Shown here: positions 45,879 through 56,313 of the stretch, piece by piece
How positions within the stretch are numbered: position 1 is the stretch's first letter
How the letters are laid out: every line of letters begins with the position of its first letter
DNA from: Candidatus Fervidifonticultor secundus
Lineage (GTDB): Bacteria > Sysuimicrobiota > Sysuimicrobiia > Sysuimicrobiales > Humicultoraceae
Length of the DNA: 64,000 nucleotides
Direction of reading: 5' to 3'
Assembly (NCBI GenBank): GCA_031459385.1
Contig: JAVKIP010000008.1
Location: 32,001-96,000, forward strand
The notes under the pieces: generated by a model
The model's input: the letters and a program-made list of their open reading frames with translations, nothing else
The model's database searches: none
Told to the model about the DNA's origin: nothing
Position numbers and translations under genes: made by a program

Positions 45879-46486
45879 CGTGCCTCCACGCTGTCGCCGG
45901 GGCCGCGCGCCCGACGTGGCCTGCCAGGCATAGGTGCCCCGTGCGGCCCACGGTACCCTGAACCGGCGCACAGGACAAGGGCCAGGCGGCGCCGGGTGCG
46001 CGACATGCCGGAGACCGGGGGCTGGTCAAGACCGCCCCGGCGCTGCCGATCAGGAGCAACGCCGGGAGGGAGCGGGGTGGCCCAGCGGAACACGCGGCAT
46101 CCTGACTGGCGCTGCCGGCAGATCGCGCGCCCGCGCCGAGGTGAAAGGGTCGGGGGCGGGAACCGGATCGACGTCCTCCGGCACACCGTCGGCCCGGAGG
46201 GGACACCCCCGACCCTGACCTGACCGGCCGCATTCTTCATGGAACCCAGCCCATCCCCCTGTGGAACCCGAGGGTTTCCAGCCCTGGTGGGGCGTATTCA
46301 GTAGAAGAAGGAGACGAGATTTCATGATCAATGAAGTTTTCAGAGATAAGGGGAGGAACTTCAGTGCCAGCGCAGAAGAAAGCCGCGACCCCCAGAGGTC
46401 GGACAGCCGCCGCGCCGCAGTCCTGCCGCCACGTCGCGCCATCTGGGGCCAGGGTACTAGGTCGGCAGACGAGGGAGGGGATCGTC

Positions 46487-46672
46487 GTGAGGACGCTCAT
46501 CGCACTGGTAGTGTCCGGGATCGTCCTGCTCGCGGGTGTGGCGGGTCCGGCCGTTCGGGTCGCCGGCCACGGCGACGGTGAGGTGCTGGGCGGTGCGATC
46601 GCCGGCCACGGCGACGGAGAGATCCTGGGCGGCGCGGTCGCCGGCCACGGGGACGGTGAGGTCCTGGGGTAG
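46487..46672 (+). CDS. 61-aa secreted propeptide: signal peptide plus three repeats of [VI]AGHGDGE[VI]LG; candidate signalling-peptide precursor
   Basis: [14 protein letters not shown] start, sequence MRTLIALVVSGIVLLAGVAGPAVR-VAGHGDGEVLGGA-IAGHGDGEILGGA-VAGHGDGEVLG*. Repeat differences are synonymous or V/I. Confidence 0.8.
   Translation: MRTLIALVVSGIVLLAGVAGPAVRVAGHGDGEVLGGAIAGHGDGEILGGAVAGHGDGEVLG
46559..46669 (+). repeat. Tandem 39-bp coding repeat, 3 copies (the last truncated by the stop)
   Basis: TCGCCGGCCACGG[CG]GACGG[TA]GAG[GA]T[GC]CTGGG recurs with a 39-nt period. Confidence 0.95.
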
Positions 46673-46709
46673 GCTGCGTGCCCATCGTTTCCAGGAGGCA
46701 CGGCGGAAT

Positions 46710-48002
46710 GTGACGCTCGGCCAGAAGATCCGTCAGGCGCGCAAGGCGCGCGGCATCACGCAGCGCCAGCTGGCAGGCGGGGATCTGTCGGAGAGCTTCA
46801 TCAGCATGCTGGAGCACGACAAGGTCCGGCCGTCGCTGGAGACGCTGCGCATCCTGGCTGCGCGCCTGGGCACGCCCCTGGCCGAACTGCTTGAGGCCGA
46901 GCCGGCCCCGCCGGCGCGCGTCGTGGCCGCACTCGGGCGAGGCTCGGCCCTCCTGCGACAGCACCAGTTCACGCCCGCCCTCGAGGCGTTCCAGGACGCC
47001 GAGCGCGTTATCGGCCCGGACGCGCCGCTCGAGTATCACTTCCGCATCCAGATCGGCCTCGGGCAGGCCCTGGTGGGCCTGCGGCAGTTCGACCTGGCGC
47101 GTCAGGCCCTCGACCGCGCGCGCCTCCTGGCCGACTCCCTGGGCAGACCCGACCTGACCGCCCGGGTCGCCAGCGCCACCGGGTTCCTCCACTTGCGGCT
47201 GCGCGACTTCTCGGCGGCGCGCGATGCGTTCACGCGGGCGCTGTCGGCGATTCGATCCGTCGGGCCGGTCGACGCCGAGTTCGAGGGGGCGGTGCTGACC
47301 AACCTGGGGCGCACCTATTCCGAACTCGGGCTGCCGGCGCAAGCCCTCGACTGTTTCCAGGCGGCGCTGCAGCGGCTGGAGCCGCTGGGCGACGTGGGCG
47401 CGCTGGGCCTGCTGCACTTCAACCTGGGCGTGGCCCACGAGCGCCAGCGCGCGTTCGAGCAGGCCCGCGCGCACCTGGAACGCGCCGCGGTGCTCTTCGA
47501 AGCCCAGGAGAACCTCCGGCTCCTGGGCACGGTGAAGCGCAGCCTGGGCATCCTGCTCCTCAACCGCGGCCTGCCCGACCAGGGCGCGGAGGTGCTGGCC
47601 CAGAGTCTGGCCGTGGCGGAACGGCTGGCCGACGATGTGGGCCGCGCCCAGACGCTGACCGAGCTGGCGCGCGCATCGCTCATGCGCGGTGACCTGAAGA
47701 CGGCGCAGTCCCGCGCCGAGGAGGCGATCCGCCTGGCGGTGCGGCTCCAGGATCCCGCCGAGGCCGCGCGGGCTGAGGCGGTGATGGCCGTCGTGTGCTG
47801 GCGCGACGGCCGGCTGCCGGAGGCGGCCCGCCGGTTCGAGTACGCGCTCCAGCAGTTCGAGCGGCTGCACCTCGCCGGCGAGGTGGCCCGCACCAGCCGG
47901 GATTACGCGTTCCTGCTGATGGAGCGGGGAGAGGAGGCCGCCGCAGCGCGGCACTTCGCGCGAGCGTTCCGCGCGCAGGAGACGGCGGGCGTGGCGGACT
48001 GA
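46710..48002 (+). CDS. XRE-HTH + TPR-repeat regulator (NprR/PlcR-like architecture), 430 aa
   Basis: HTH TLGQKIRQARKARGITQRQLAG..LSESFISMLEHDKVRPS, followed by TPR helices (VLTNLGRTY, LHFNLGVAH). RBS AGGAGG. Confidence 0.85.
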   Translation: MTLGQKIRQARKARGITQRQLAGGDLSESFISMLEHDKVRPSLETLRILAARLGTPLAELLEAEPAPPARVVAALGRGSALLRQHQFTPALEAFQDAERVIGPDAPLEYHFRIQIGLGQALVGLRQFDLARQALDRARLLADSLGRPDLTARVASATGFLHLRLRDFSAARDAFTRALSAIRSVGPVDAEFEGAVLTNLGRTYSELGLPAQALDCFQAALQRLEPLGDVGALGLLHFNLGVAHERQRAFEQARAHLERAAVLFEAQENLRLLGTVKRSLGILLLNRGLPDQGAEVLAQSLAVAERLADDVGRAQTLTELARASLMRGDLKTAQSRAEEAIRLAVRLQDPAEAARAEAVMAVVCWRDGRLPEAARRFEYALQQFERLHLAGEVARTSRDYAFLLMERGEEAAAARHFARAFRAQETAGVAD

Positions 48003-48021
48003 CGGCGTCGGACGTCGCGCG

Positions 48022-49257
48022 TTACGCGATGGAGAGCAGCGCGCGGCCGGCCTGCGCGCGGCCGGCACGCGACGCTTCCAGGGCGATCTCGAAGTAGTGG
48101 GCCGCGCGCTCCTGCTCGCTGCGAGCCTGATAGTGGCGGCCCAGCGCATCCGCCGCCTCGGCCAGTTCCAGCGCGCAGTCTTCTGTTCCCAGCCGGGCCA
48201 CCGCGTCCTCCAGCAGGGGCAGCGCGTCGTCGGGTCGGCCCAGCGCGAGCAGCGCACGGCCCACGACCGCGGCCGCCCTGGCCGCTGCCTGGGCATCCCC
48301 GGCCGCCTGGGCCAGCGCGCGGGCGTGCTGCGCCGCCTCCAGCGCCGCCGGGGCGCTCCCGGCTGCGAGCTGCACGCGCCCCAGGTGAATCAGGGCTTCC
48401 ACCTCGGTCCGCCGGTCGCCGGCCTCCTGCGCGGTCACCCGGGCGCGCTCCAGCGCCTCCAGGGCTTCCTTCGTCGCCTCCTGCCCGTACGCGAGGAGGC
48501 CGAAGCCCAGCAGCGCCCGGCCCCGCAGGGCGCCCAGGCCATAGCGCGCGGCCAGGCGCGCCGCGGTCTCCAGCCGGCGACGCGCCTGCCTGACGTCACC
48601 CCGGTGCAGCAGGGCCATCGCGTGCGCGAGCAGCAGGCGCACGACGAGATCCGGCTGGCGGGCGGGACTGCGCAGGCGTCCCAGCGCATCGCGGAACGTC
48701 GCCGCAGCAGAGGCGGCGTCGCCACGGCGCATCGCCAGCAATCCCGCCACAAGGTCGCGCCGCGCGCGGACGCGCGCGCCCAGGCCACCCGCGAACGCAT
48801 CCAGTTCCTGCAGCAACGCGCGCGCCCGCTCCAGCTGGCCGCCATCGATCTCCAGTTCGGCCAGCGCCAGCACCGCGTCGGCCCGCTGCGGCGCCCAGTC
48901 ACCGGTCGCGGCCAGCTCGGCACTCAACTCCAGCGCGCGGCGGGCCAGGGCCACGTCCTGGCGGGCGGCGAGCTCGCGCGCCCACGCCACCAGACCTTCC
49001 AGTGCGGCCAGGTGCTGGTCCCGGGCGTCTCCGGCGATGGCCGAGAGCGAGGTGTGCAGCCGCCTGGTGAGGTACCGGAGCGTATCGAGGGACGGGTCGG
49101 CGAAGCCCCCCTCGAGCTGACTGATGAAACTCTTGGTATAGTCGGGGCCGGCCAGGTCAGACTGCGTCATGCCCAGCTCGCGCCGCCGCTGCCGGATGCG
49201 ACGGCCGATGGGCGCCTCGTCGGGCCGGACGTGTCGGCGCGAAGGATGCCGTCCCAT
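48022..49257 (-). CDS. Second XRE-HTH + TPR-repeat regulator, convergent with the first
   Basis: HTH IGRRIRQRRRELGMTQSDLAG..YTKSFISQLEGG..DPSLDTL, followed by Ala/Leu-rich TPR-like helices. Confidence 0.85.
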   Translation of the reverse strand: MGRHPSRRHVRPDEAPIGRRIRQRRRELGMTQSDLAGPDYTKSFISQLEGGFADPSLDTLRYLTRRLHTSLSAIAGDARDQHLAALEGLVAWARELAARQDVALARRALELSAELAATGDWAPQRADAVLALAELEIDGGQLERARALLQELDAFAGGLGARVRARRDLVAGLLAMRRGDAASAAATFRDALGRLRSPARQPDLVVRLLLAHAMALLHRGDVRQARRRLETAARLAARYGLGALRGRALLGFGLLAYGQEATKEALEALERARVTAQEAGDRRTEVEALIHLGRVQLAAGSAPAALEAAQHARALAQAAGDAQAAARAAAVVGRALLALGRPDDALPLLEDAVARLGTEDCALELAEAADALGRHYQARSEQERAAHYFEIALEASRAGRAQAGRALLSIA

Positions 49258-49379
49258 GGCGATCAGGGCCTCAGGTTGATTACACCACAACCGGACGCGC
49301 GGAGGAACCCGCGGTGGGGCGTGGCGCTGCGGCCTCACCGCCCGCACTGGCCACGAGGCCCCACGGGGCCCGCGTCGCC

Positions 49380-49409
49380 TTGACACTGTTGCGGCGCGCC
49401 TGCTATACG
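49380..49409 (+). promoter_or_regulatory. Sigma70-type promoter of hom-thrC-lysC
   Basis: TTGACA (49380-85), 18-bp spacer, then TGn-TATACG (49401-09). Confidence 0.6.
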
Positions 49410-49425
49410 GAGGGCATCATGCGCG

Positions 49426-50730
49426 GTGCGACCGACACCTGTGGCTTCGCCTGACGCCTGCCGCGTGGGCCTGCTCGGGCTTGGCACCGTCGGCAGCGCC
49501 GTGGCGCGCCTGCTGTCGGAGCGTGCCGACGAGCTGGCGCGGCAGGCCGGCGTGCCCATCGTGCTCCACCGCGTGGCGGTGGCGCACCCTGAGCGCGCCC
49601 GCGCCGTCTCGCTCCCGCCCGGGACGCTGGTCGGCGACGCGCGGGCCGTGGTGGCCGATCCCGCGGTGGCCGTGGTGGTCGAGGTGATGGGGGGCATCGA
49701 GCCCGCCCGCTCGTACCTGCTGGAGGCGCTGGCGGGCGGCAAGGCCGTGGTCACCGCCAACAAGCAGCTGATGTCCACGCGCGGCGACGAGCTGCACGCG
49801 GCCGCCGAAGCCGCCGGCGTCGACCTCTGCTTCGAGGCCAGCGTCGCGGGCGGCCTCCCCATCATCAAGACGATCCGCGAGGCGCTGGCAGGGAACCGGA
49901 TCCGCCAGCTGCTGGGAATCATCAATGGCACGACGAACTTCATCCTCACGCGGATGACGCGCGACGGCGTCTCGTTCGGCGAAGCCCTTGCCGACGCGCA
50001 GCAGCGGGGCTTCGCGGAGGCCGACCCGACGGACGACATCGACGGCCACGACGCGGCGGCGAAGCTGGCCATCCTGGCGTCTGTGGCCTTCGGCTGCCGG
50101 GTGACCAGCGCCGACGTCTACCGGGAAGGGATCGGCGAGGTCACCCCGCGCATGATCGCCTACAGCCGAGAGCTCGGCTACGTCGTGAAGCCGCTGGCCA
50201 TCGCGCGCAACGACGGCGGCGCCGTCGAAGTCCGCGTCCATCCTGCGCTCCTGCCGGCACACCACCCGCTGGCCGGCGTGGGCGACGAGGTGAACGCGGT
50301 GCTGATCGAGGCCGATCCGGTTGGCCTGCTCATGCTCGAAGGGCCGGGGGCCGGCGGCGGCCCCACGGCCAGCGCCGTGCTGGGCGACGTGGTGGATGTC
50401 GCGCGCAACCTGCGGGCCGGCGCGGCGGGGCGCCTGGGAGGCATGCCCCGGCGCAGGCTGCCGCTCCGCGAGGTCGCCGACACCGTGCTTCCGTACTGCG
50501 TCGCCATGGAGGTGGCCGACCGTCCGGGAGTCTTCGCGCGCGTCGCGGCCGCGTTCGGCGACGAGCAGGTCAGCATCGCGTCCATCGTGCAGAAGAGCCG
50601 GGGTGTGACCGCCGATGTCGTGTTGGTGACCCACGAGGCGCCGGAGGCCGCCATGCGGCGCGTGATAGGCCGCCTGCGCCAGCTGGACGTCGTGCGGTCG
50701 GTACACGCCGCGCTCCGCATCGCTGCCTAG
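49426..50730 (+). CDS. hom: Homoserine dehydrogenase with C-terminal ACT domain
   Basis: Motifs GLGTVG, VVTANK, FEASVAGGLP, GIINGTTNFIL, GFAEADP and DRPGV. The start could be 49441. Confidence 0.95.
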   Translation: MRPTPVASPDACRVGLLGLGTVGSAVARLLSERADELARQAGVPIVLHRVAVAHPERARAVSLPPGTLVGDARAVVADPAVAVVVEVMGGIEPARSYLLEALAGGKAVVTANKQLMSTRGDELHAAAEAAGVDLCFEASVAGGLPIIKTIREALAGNRIRQLLGIINGTTNFILTRMTRDGVSFGEALADAQQRGFAEADPTDDIDGHDAAAKLAILASVAFGCRVTSADVYREGIGEVTPRMIAYSRELGYVVKPLAIARNDGGAVEVRVHPALLPAHHPLAGVGDEVNAVLIEADPVGLLMLEGPGAGGGPTASAVLGDVVDVARNLRAGAAGRLGGMPRRRLPLREVADTVLPYCVAMEVADRPGVFARVAAAFGDEQVSIASIVQKSRGVTADVVLVTHEAPEAAMRRVIGRLRQLDVVRSVHAALRIAA

Positions 50731-50734
50731 GGCC

Positions 50735-51766
50735 ATGGCGGAGGTGGGATGGCCTGGGGTCATCGAAGCCTACCGGGCCTGGCTGCCGCCGGTGCGCGTC
50801 GTGGTCACGCTGCAGGAGGGCCGCACGCCCCTGCTGCCGTCGCCGCGCCTGAGCCAGCAGTTCGGCCGGCCGGTGTGGCTCAAGCTCGAGGGCAGCAATC
50901 CCACGGGCTCGTTCAAGGATCGTGGGATGACGCTGGCGGTGAGTGCTGCTGCCTCCGCGGGTGCCCGCGGGGTCATCTGCGCGTCCACCGGCAACACCGC
51001 GGCCGCGGCTGCGGCCTACGCCGCGCGCGCCGGCCTGCGGTGCGCGATCCTGCTTCCGGCCGGTGCCGTCGCCCGCGGCAAGCTGGTGCAGGCCGTCGCG
51101 CACGGCGCGCGTGTGCTCGCGGTCGAGGCGGGGTTTGATCAGGCCCTGGACCTGGCGCAGGCGGCCAGCCGGGCCTGGGGCGACGTGCTCGTCAACTCCC
51201 TCAACCCCCTGCGGCTCGACGGGCAGATGACCGCCGCCTTCGAGATCTGCGACGCGCTCGGGCGCGCGCCCGCCATCGTCGTCCTCCCGGTGGGCAACGG
51301 CGGGAACATCACGGCGTGCTGGCGCGGCTTCGTCCGGTACGCGGGGGCCGGCCGGGTGGCGACGTGGCCGCGGATGATCGGCGTGCAGGCCGCGGGCGCC
51401 AACCCGCTGGTGCGCGGCGCGCCCGTGGAGCATCCGCAGACGCTGGCGTCGGCGATTCGCATCGGCCGGCCGGCGAACTGGCAGGGCGCGGTGGACGCGG
51501 TGCACGCCTCCGGCGGCGCGTTCGTCCAGGTCACGGATGACGAGATCACCGCGGCCCAGCGCGCGCTGGCTGGTGAGGGGATCTTCGTCGAGCCGGCCTC
51601 CGCCGCAGCGGTGGCCGGCCTGGCGTCCCTGCCGCCGGGCGACGGCGAGGTGGTGTGCATGCTGACCGGGCACGGCCTGAAGGATCCCGACGCGGTGCCC
51701 GGCGTAGAACCCGCGCGGGTGGCTCCGACGCTGGAGGCGCTGAGCTCGGCGTTGGGGACCGCCTGA
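50735..51766 (+). CDS. thrC: Threonine synthase
   Basis: Motifs [32 protein letters not shown] and LTGHGLKDP. Confidence 0.95.
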   Translation: MAEVGWPGVIEAYRAWLPPVRVVVTLQEGRTPLLPSPRLSQQFGRPVWLKLEGSNPTGSFKDRGMTLAVSAAASAGARGVICASTGNTAAAAAAYAARAGLRCAILLPAGAVARGKLVQAVAHGARVLAVEAGFDQALDLAQAASRAWGDVLVNSLNPLRLDGQMTAAFEICDALGRAPAIVVLPVGNGGNITACWRGFVRYAGAGRVATWPRMIGVQAAGANPLVRGAPVEHPQTLASAIRIGRPANWQGAVDAVHASGGAFVQVTDDEITAAQRALAGEGIFVEPASAAAVAGLASLPPGDGEVVCMLTGHGLKDPDAVPGVEPARVAPTLEALSSALGTA

Positions 51767-51806
51767 GCGCCGCGCGGATGCGCGGCAGGTGAGCGGAGGG
51801 TACCAG

Positions 51807-53027
51807 GTGGCGCTGGTCGTCCAGAAGTACGGCGGCACGTCGGTGGCGACCGCAGAGCGCGTGCGCCACGTCGCGGGGCGGGTGGTGGCCACGCGGCGGG
51901 CCGGCCACGCCGTGGTGGTGGTGGTCTCGGCGCCCGGCGACATGACCGACGAGCTCATCGCGCGCGCCCGCGAGATCAGCCCGCGCCCCCCGGCCCGCGA
52001 GCTGGACATGCTGATGGCGGTGGGCGAGCAGATCTCGATCGCGCTCCTGTCGATGGCGATCCAGGAGCTGGGGCAGGAGGCCATCTCGCTGACCGGCAGC
52101 CAGGTGCGGATCCTCACCGACGGCGTGCACACCAAAGCCCGCATCCTGGAGGTGGACCGGCGGCGGCTCGACGCCGAGCTGGCCCGCGGCCGCGTCGTGG
52201 TCGTGGCCGGCTTCCAGGGCGTGACGCCCGACCACGAGATCACCACGCTGGGGCGCGGCGGCAGCGACGTGACCGCCGTGGCGTTGGCCTCGGCGCTGGG
52301 GGCCGAGGTGTGCGAGATCTTCACCGACGTGGAAGGGGTCTTCTCGGCCGACCCGCGCGTCGTGCCCGAGGCGCGCAAGCTTGACGTCGTCTCTTACGAC
52401 GAGATGCTGGAGATGGCGTCCAGCGGTGCGGTCGTTCTCCAGACGCGGTCGGTGGAGTACGCCAAGCACTACCGGGTCCGGCTCCACGTGCGGTCGACCT
52501 GGAGCGAGGAGCCCGGCACGATCGTGGAGGAGGTTCCGACGATGGAGCGCGTGCGGCTGGTCACCGGGGTCACGCACGACCTGGACGTGGCCCGCATCAC
52601 GATCCGCGATCTCCCTGACATCCCGGGCATCGCCCACCGCATCTTCTCGGCCCTGGCCGCCCGGCACATCAACGTGGACATGATCGTGCAGACCGCGAGC
52701 CGGGGGGGGCGGGCGGACATCTCGTTCACCGTCACCAAGGCCGACGCGGCCCCGGCTGAAGAGGTGACGCGCGAGGTGGCGCGCGAGATCGGCGCGGCCG
52801 AGGTGGCAGCCTCCCAGGACGTGGCCAAGGTGTCTATCGTCGGCGCGGGCATGGCCAGCAACCCCGGGGTTGCCGCCACCATGTTCGGGGCGCTCGCAGG
52901 GGAGGGCATCAACATCCAGATGATCAGTACTTCTGAAATAAAGGTGTCATGCGTGGTGAGCGCTGGTGACGTGCACCGGGCGGTCCGCGCAGTGCACCGG
53001 GCTTTCAGCCTTGACGCGGTCAGGTAG
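51807..53027 (+). CDS. lysC: Aspartate kinase (alpha subunit)
   Basis: Motifs [23 protein letters not shown] and DPRVV, two ACT domains and STSEIKVS. Confidence 0.95.
   Translation: MALVVQKYGGTSVATAERVRHVAGRVVATRRAGHAVVVVVSAPGDMTDELIARAREISPRPPARELDMLMAVGEQISIALLSMAIQELGQEAISLTGSQVRILTDGVHTKARILEVDRRRLDAELARGRVVVVAGFQGVTPDHEITTLGRGGSDVTAVALASALGAEVCEIFTDVEGVFSADPRVVPEARKLDVVSYDEMLEMASSGAVVLQTRSVEYAKHYRVRLHVRSTWSEEPGTIVEEVPTMERVRLVTGVTHDLDVARITIRDLPDIPGIAHRIFSALAARHINVDMIVQTASRGGRADISFTVTKADAAPAEEVTREVAREIGAAEVAASQDVAKVSIVGAGMASNPGVAATMFGALAGEGINIQMISTSEIKVSCVVSAGDVHRAVRAVHRAFSLDAVR
52542..53027 (+). CDS. Aspartate kinase beta subunit (nested in-frame start)
   Basis: Internal GGAGGAGG (52526-52533) 8 nt before an in-frame ATG, exactly at the start of the ACT region (codon 246). 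Confidence 0.7.
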   Translation: MERVRLVTGVTHDLDVARITIRDLPDIPGIAHRIFSALAARHINVDMIVQTASRGGRADISFTVTKADAAPAEEVTREVAREIGAAEVAASQDVAKVSIVGAGMASNPGVAATMFGALAGEGINIQMISTSEIKVSCVVSAGDVHRAVRAVHRAFSLDAVR

Positions 53028-53158
53028 CAGCCGGAGTAGTTCCCGGGTAGGAGGGGGTCGAGGCAGGAGGAGTTTTGTCAGGGCTGCCGAATACACGGTC
53101 TCTCAACACGAGAAGCACTGAGACGTCGCGGCCGGGCGACGGTGGGGGTACGTGACCC

Positions 53159-54031
53159 ATGCGTGACCGTGCCGCGACGTTTTCATCTGGCCCAGCCGCT
53201 CCTGGCAGCGGTCCCGATGGCCTGGCCGCCGCCTACGTCCAGACCCGGGACCCCGCGGCCCGCGACGCGCTCGTCCGCATGTGCGAACCGCTGGTCAGGG
53301 GCGTCGCCGCAGAGTACGCCAATCCGGGCCAGAGCGACGACCTGGTCCAGGTGGGCTATGTCGGCCTTCTGCATGCCATCGAGCACTTCGACCCCACGCG
53401 GGGGACGCCGTTCCTGATCTTCGCCCGGCACTTCATCCGGGGCGAGATCCGCCACTACCTGCGCGACCACCACACCACCATGCGCCGGCCCCGCTGGCTC
53501 GAGCGGGTCAACGACCAGATCGACCAGGCCACCTACCGGCACCTCGGGACCGAGGGCCGGTATCCGGGTTTCGCGGACCTGGCGGCCGCCCTCGGCGTCG
53601 ACGAAGAGACGCTGGCGCACCTGCTGCGGACGCGCCAGGCGGTTCGCACGCTGTCGCTGGACGTGGAGACCGACGAGGGCGAGCCAGGTATCGACCTGGG
53701 GCAGGTGGCAGGGCTGCGCGCGCAGTGGGACGCCGCGATGGAGGACCGCCTCGTCGTCTTGGACGCGCTCGGCAGGCTCAATCCCCTGCAGCGCGCGGTG
53801 ATCTTCTATATCTTCTTCACGGACCTGACGCAGGTCCAGACCGCCCGGCGCCTCGGGGTCTCCCAGAAGCACGTCTCGCGGGTGCTGGCCGCGGCGCTGG
53901 CGCGCCTGCGAGCCCTACTGCGCGCCGACGCCGGGGTCGAAGACCCGGCGGTACCCCACCCGGACCATCCGTCGGCGCCGGCCGCCGAGGCCGCCGCGAC
54001 GGCGACGAGCAGCCGCCTCGCTCGCGCCTGA
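53159..54031 (+). CDS. SigB/SigF/SigG-family sigma factor
   Basis: Region 2 DDLVQVGYVGLLHAIEHFDP...IRGEIRHYLRD and region 4 LTQVQTARRLGVSQKHVSR. Confidence 0.9.
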   Translation: MRDRAATFSSGPAAPGSGPDGLAAAYVQTRDPAARDALVRMCEPLVRGVAAEYANPGQSDDLVQVGYVGLLHAIEHFDPTRGTPFLIFARHFIRGEIRHYLRDHHTTMRRPRWLERVNDQIDQATYRHLGTEGRYPGFADLAAALGVDEETLAHLLRTRQAVRTLSLDVETDEGEPGIDLGQVAGLRAQWDAAMEDRLVVLDALGRLNPLQRAVIFYIFFTDLTQVQTARRLGVSQKHVSRVLAAALARLRALLRADAGVEDPAVPHPDHPSAPAAEAAATATSSRLARA

Positions 54032-54103
54032 CGCGCACGCATCCCGGCCGGCGAACCACAGACGCCCTGCGCCGCCCGCGCTCCCGGGCGGCACTCGCGC
54101 CGG

Positions 54104-56056
<1,953 letters not shown>

Positions 56057-56313
56057 GACAGTCCTCCGTGTGCGGTAGGGGGTCTTTCGGTTCGCGGAAG
56101 AGTTCCAGAGGGCCCTCCCGGGCTCCTACCGCGTCGCCCGGGCGTCTGCGGCACCTCCGCTTCCCGGTGCGTCTCCCAGCGGCGCCCGAGCCGCGGCAGG
56201 AACCGGCAGCGCCGGACCGAAATGGCCGGCGTTCCATCAACTCCGCCTACCGAGCCCGTCCGCGCCGCAGGCGGTCGGGGCTGCAGGATCAGGGGGAAGA
56301 GGACGCGCGCCCA

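Noticed and set aside
45875..46240. 121-aa ORF whose stop overlaps the hppA start
   Set aside because: Arg/Pro/Gly-rich low-complexity translation with no clear RBS or motif. The overlap arises by chance from ATG-AGC.
46559..46669. CRISPR array or RiPP precursor
   Set aside because: The repeats are contiguous, in-frame 39-mers with no unique spacers and no cas genes. No modifying enzymes, peptidase or exporter lie next to the peptide.
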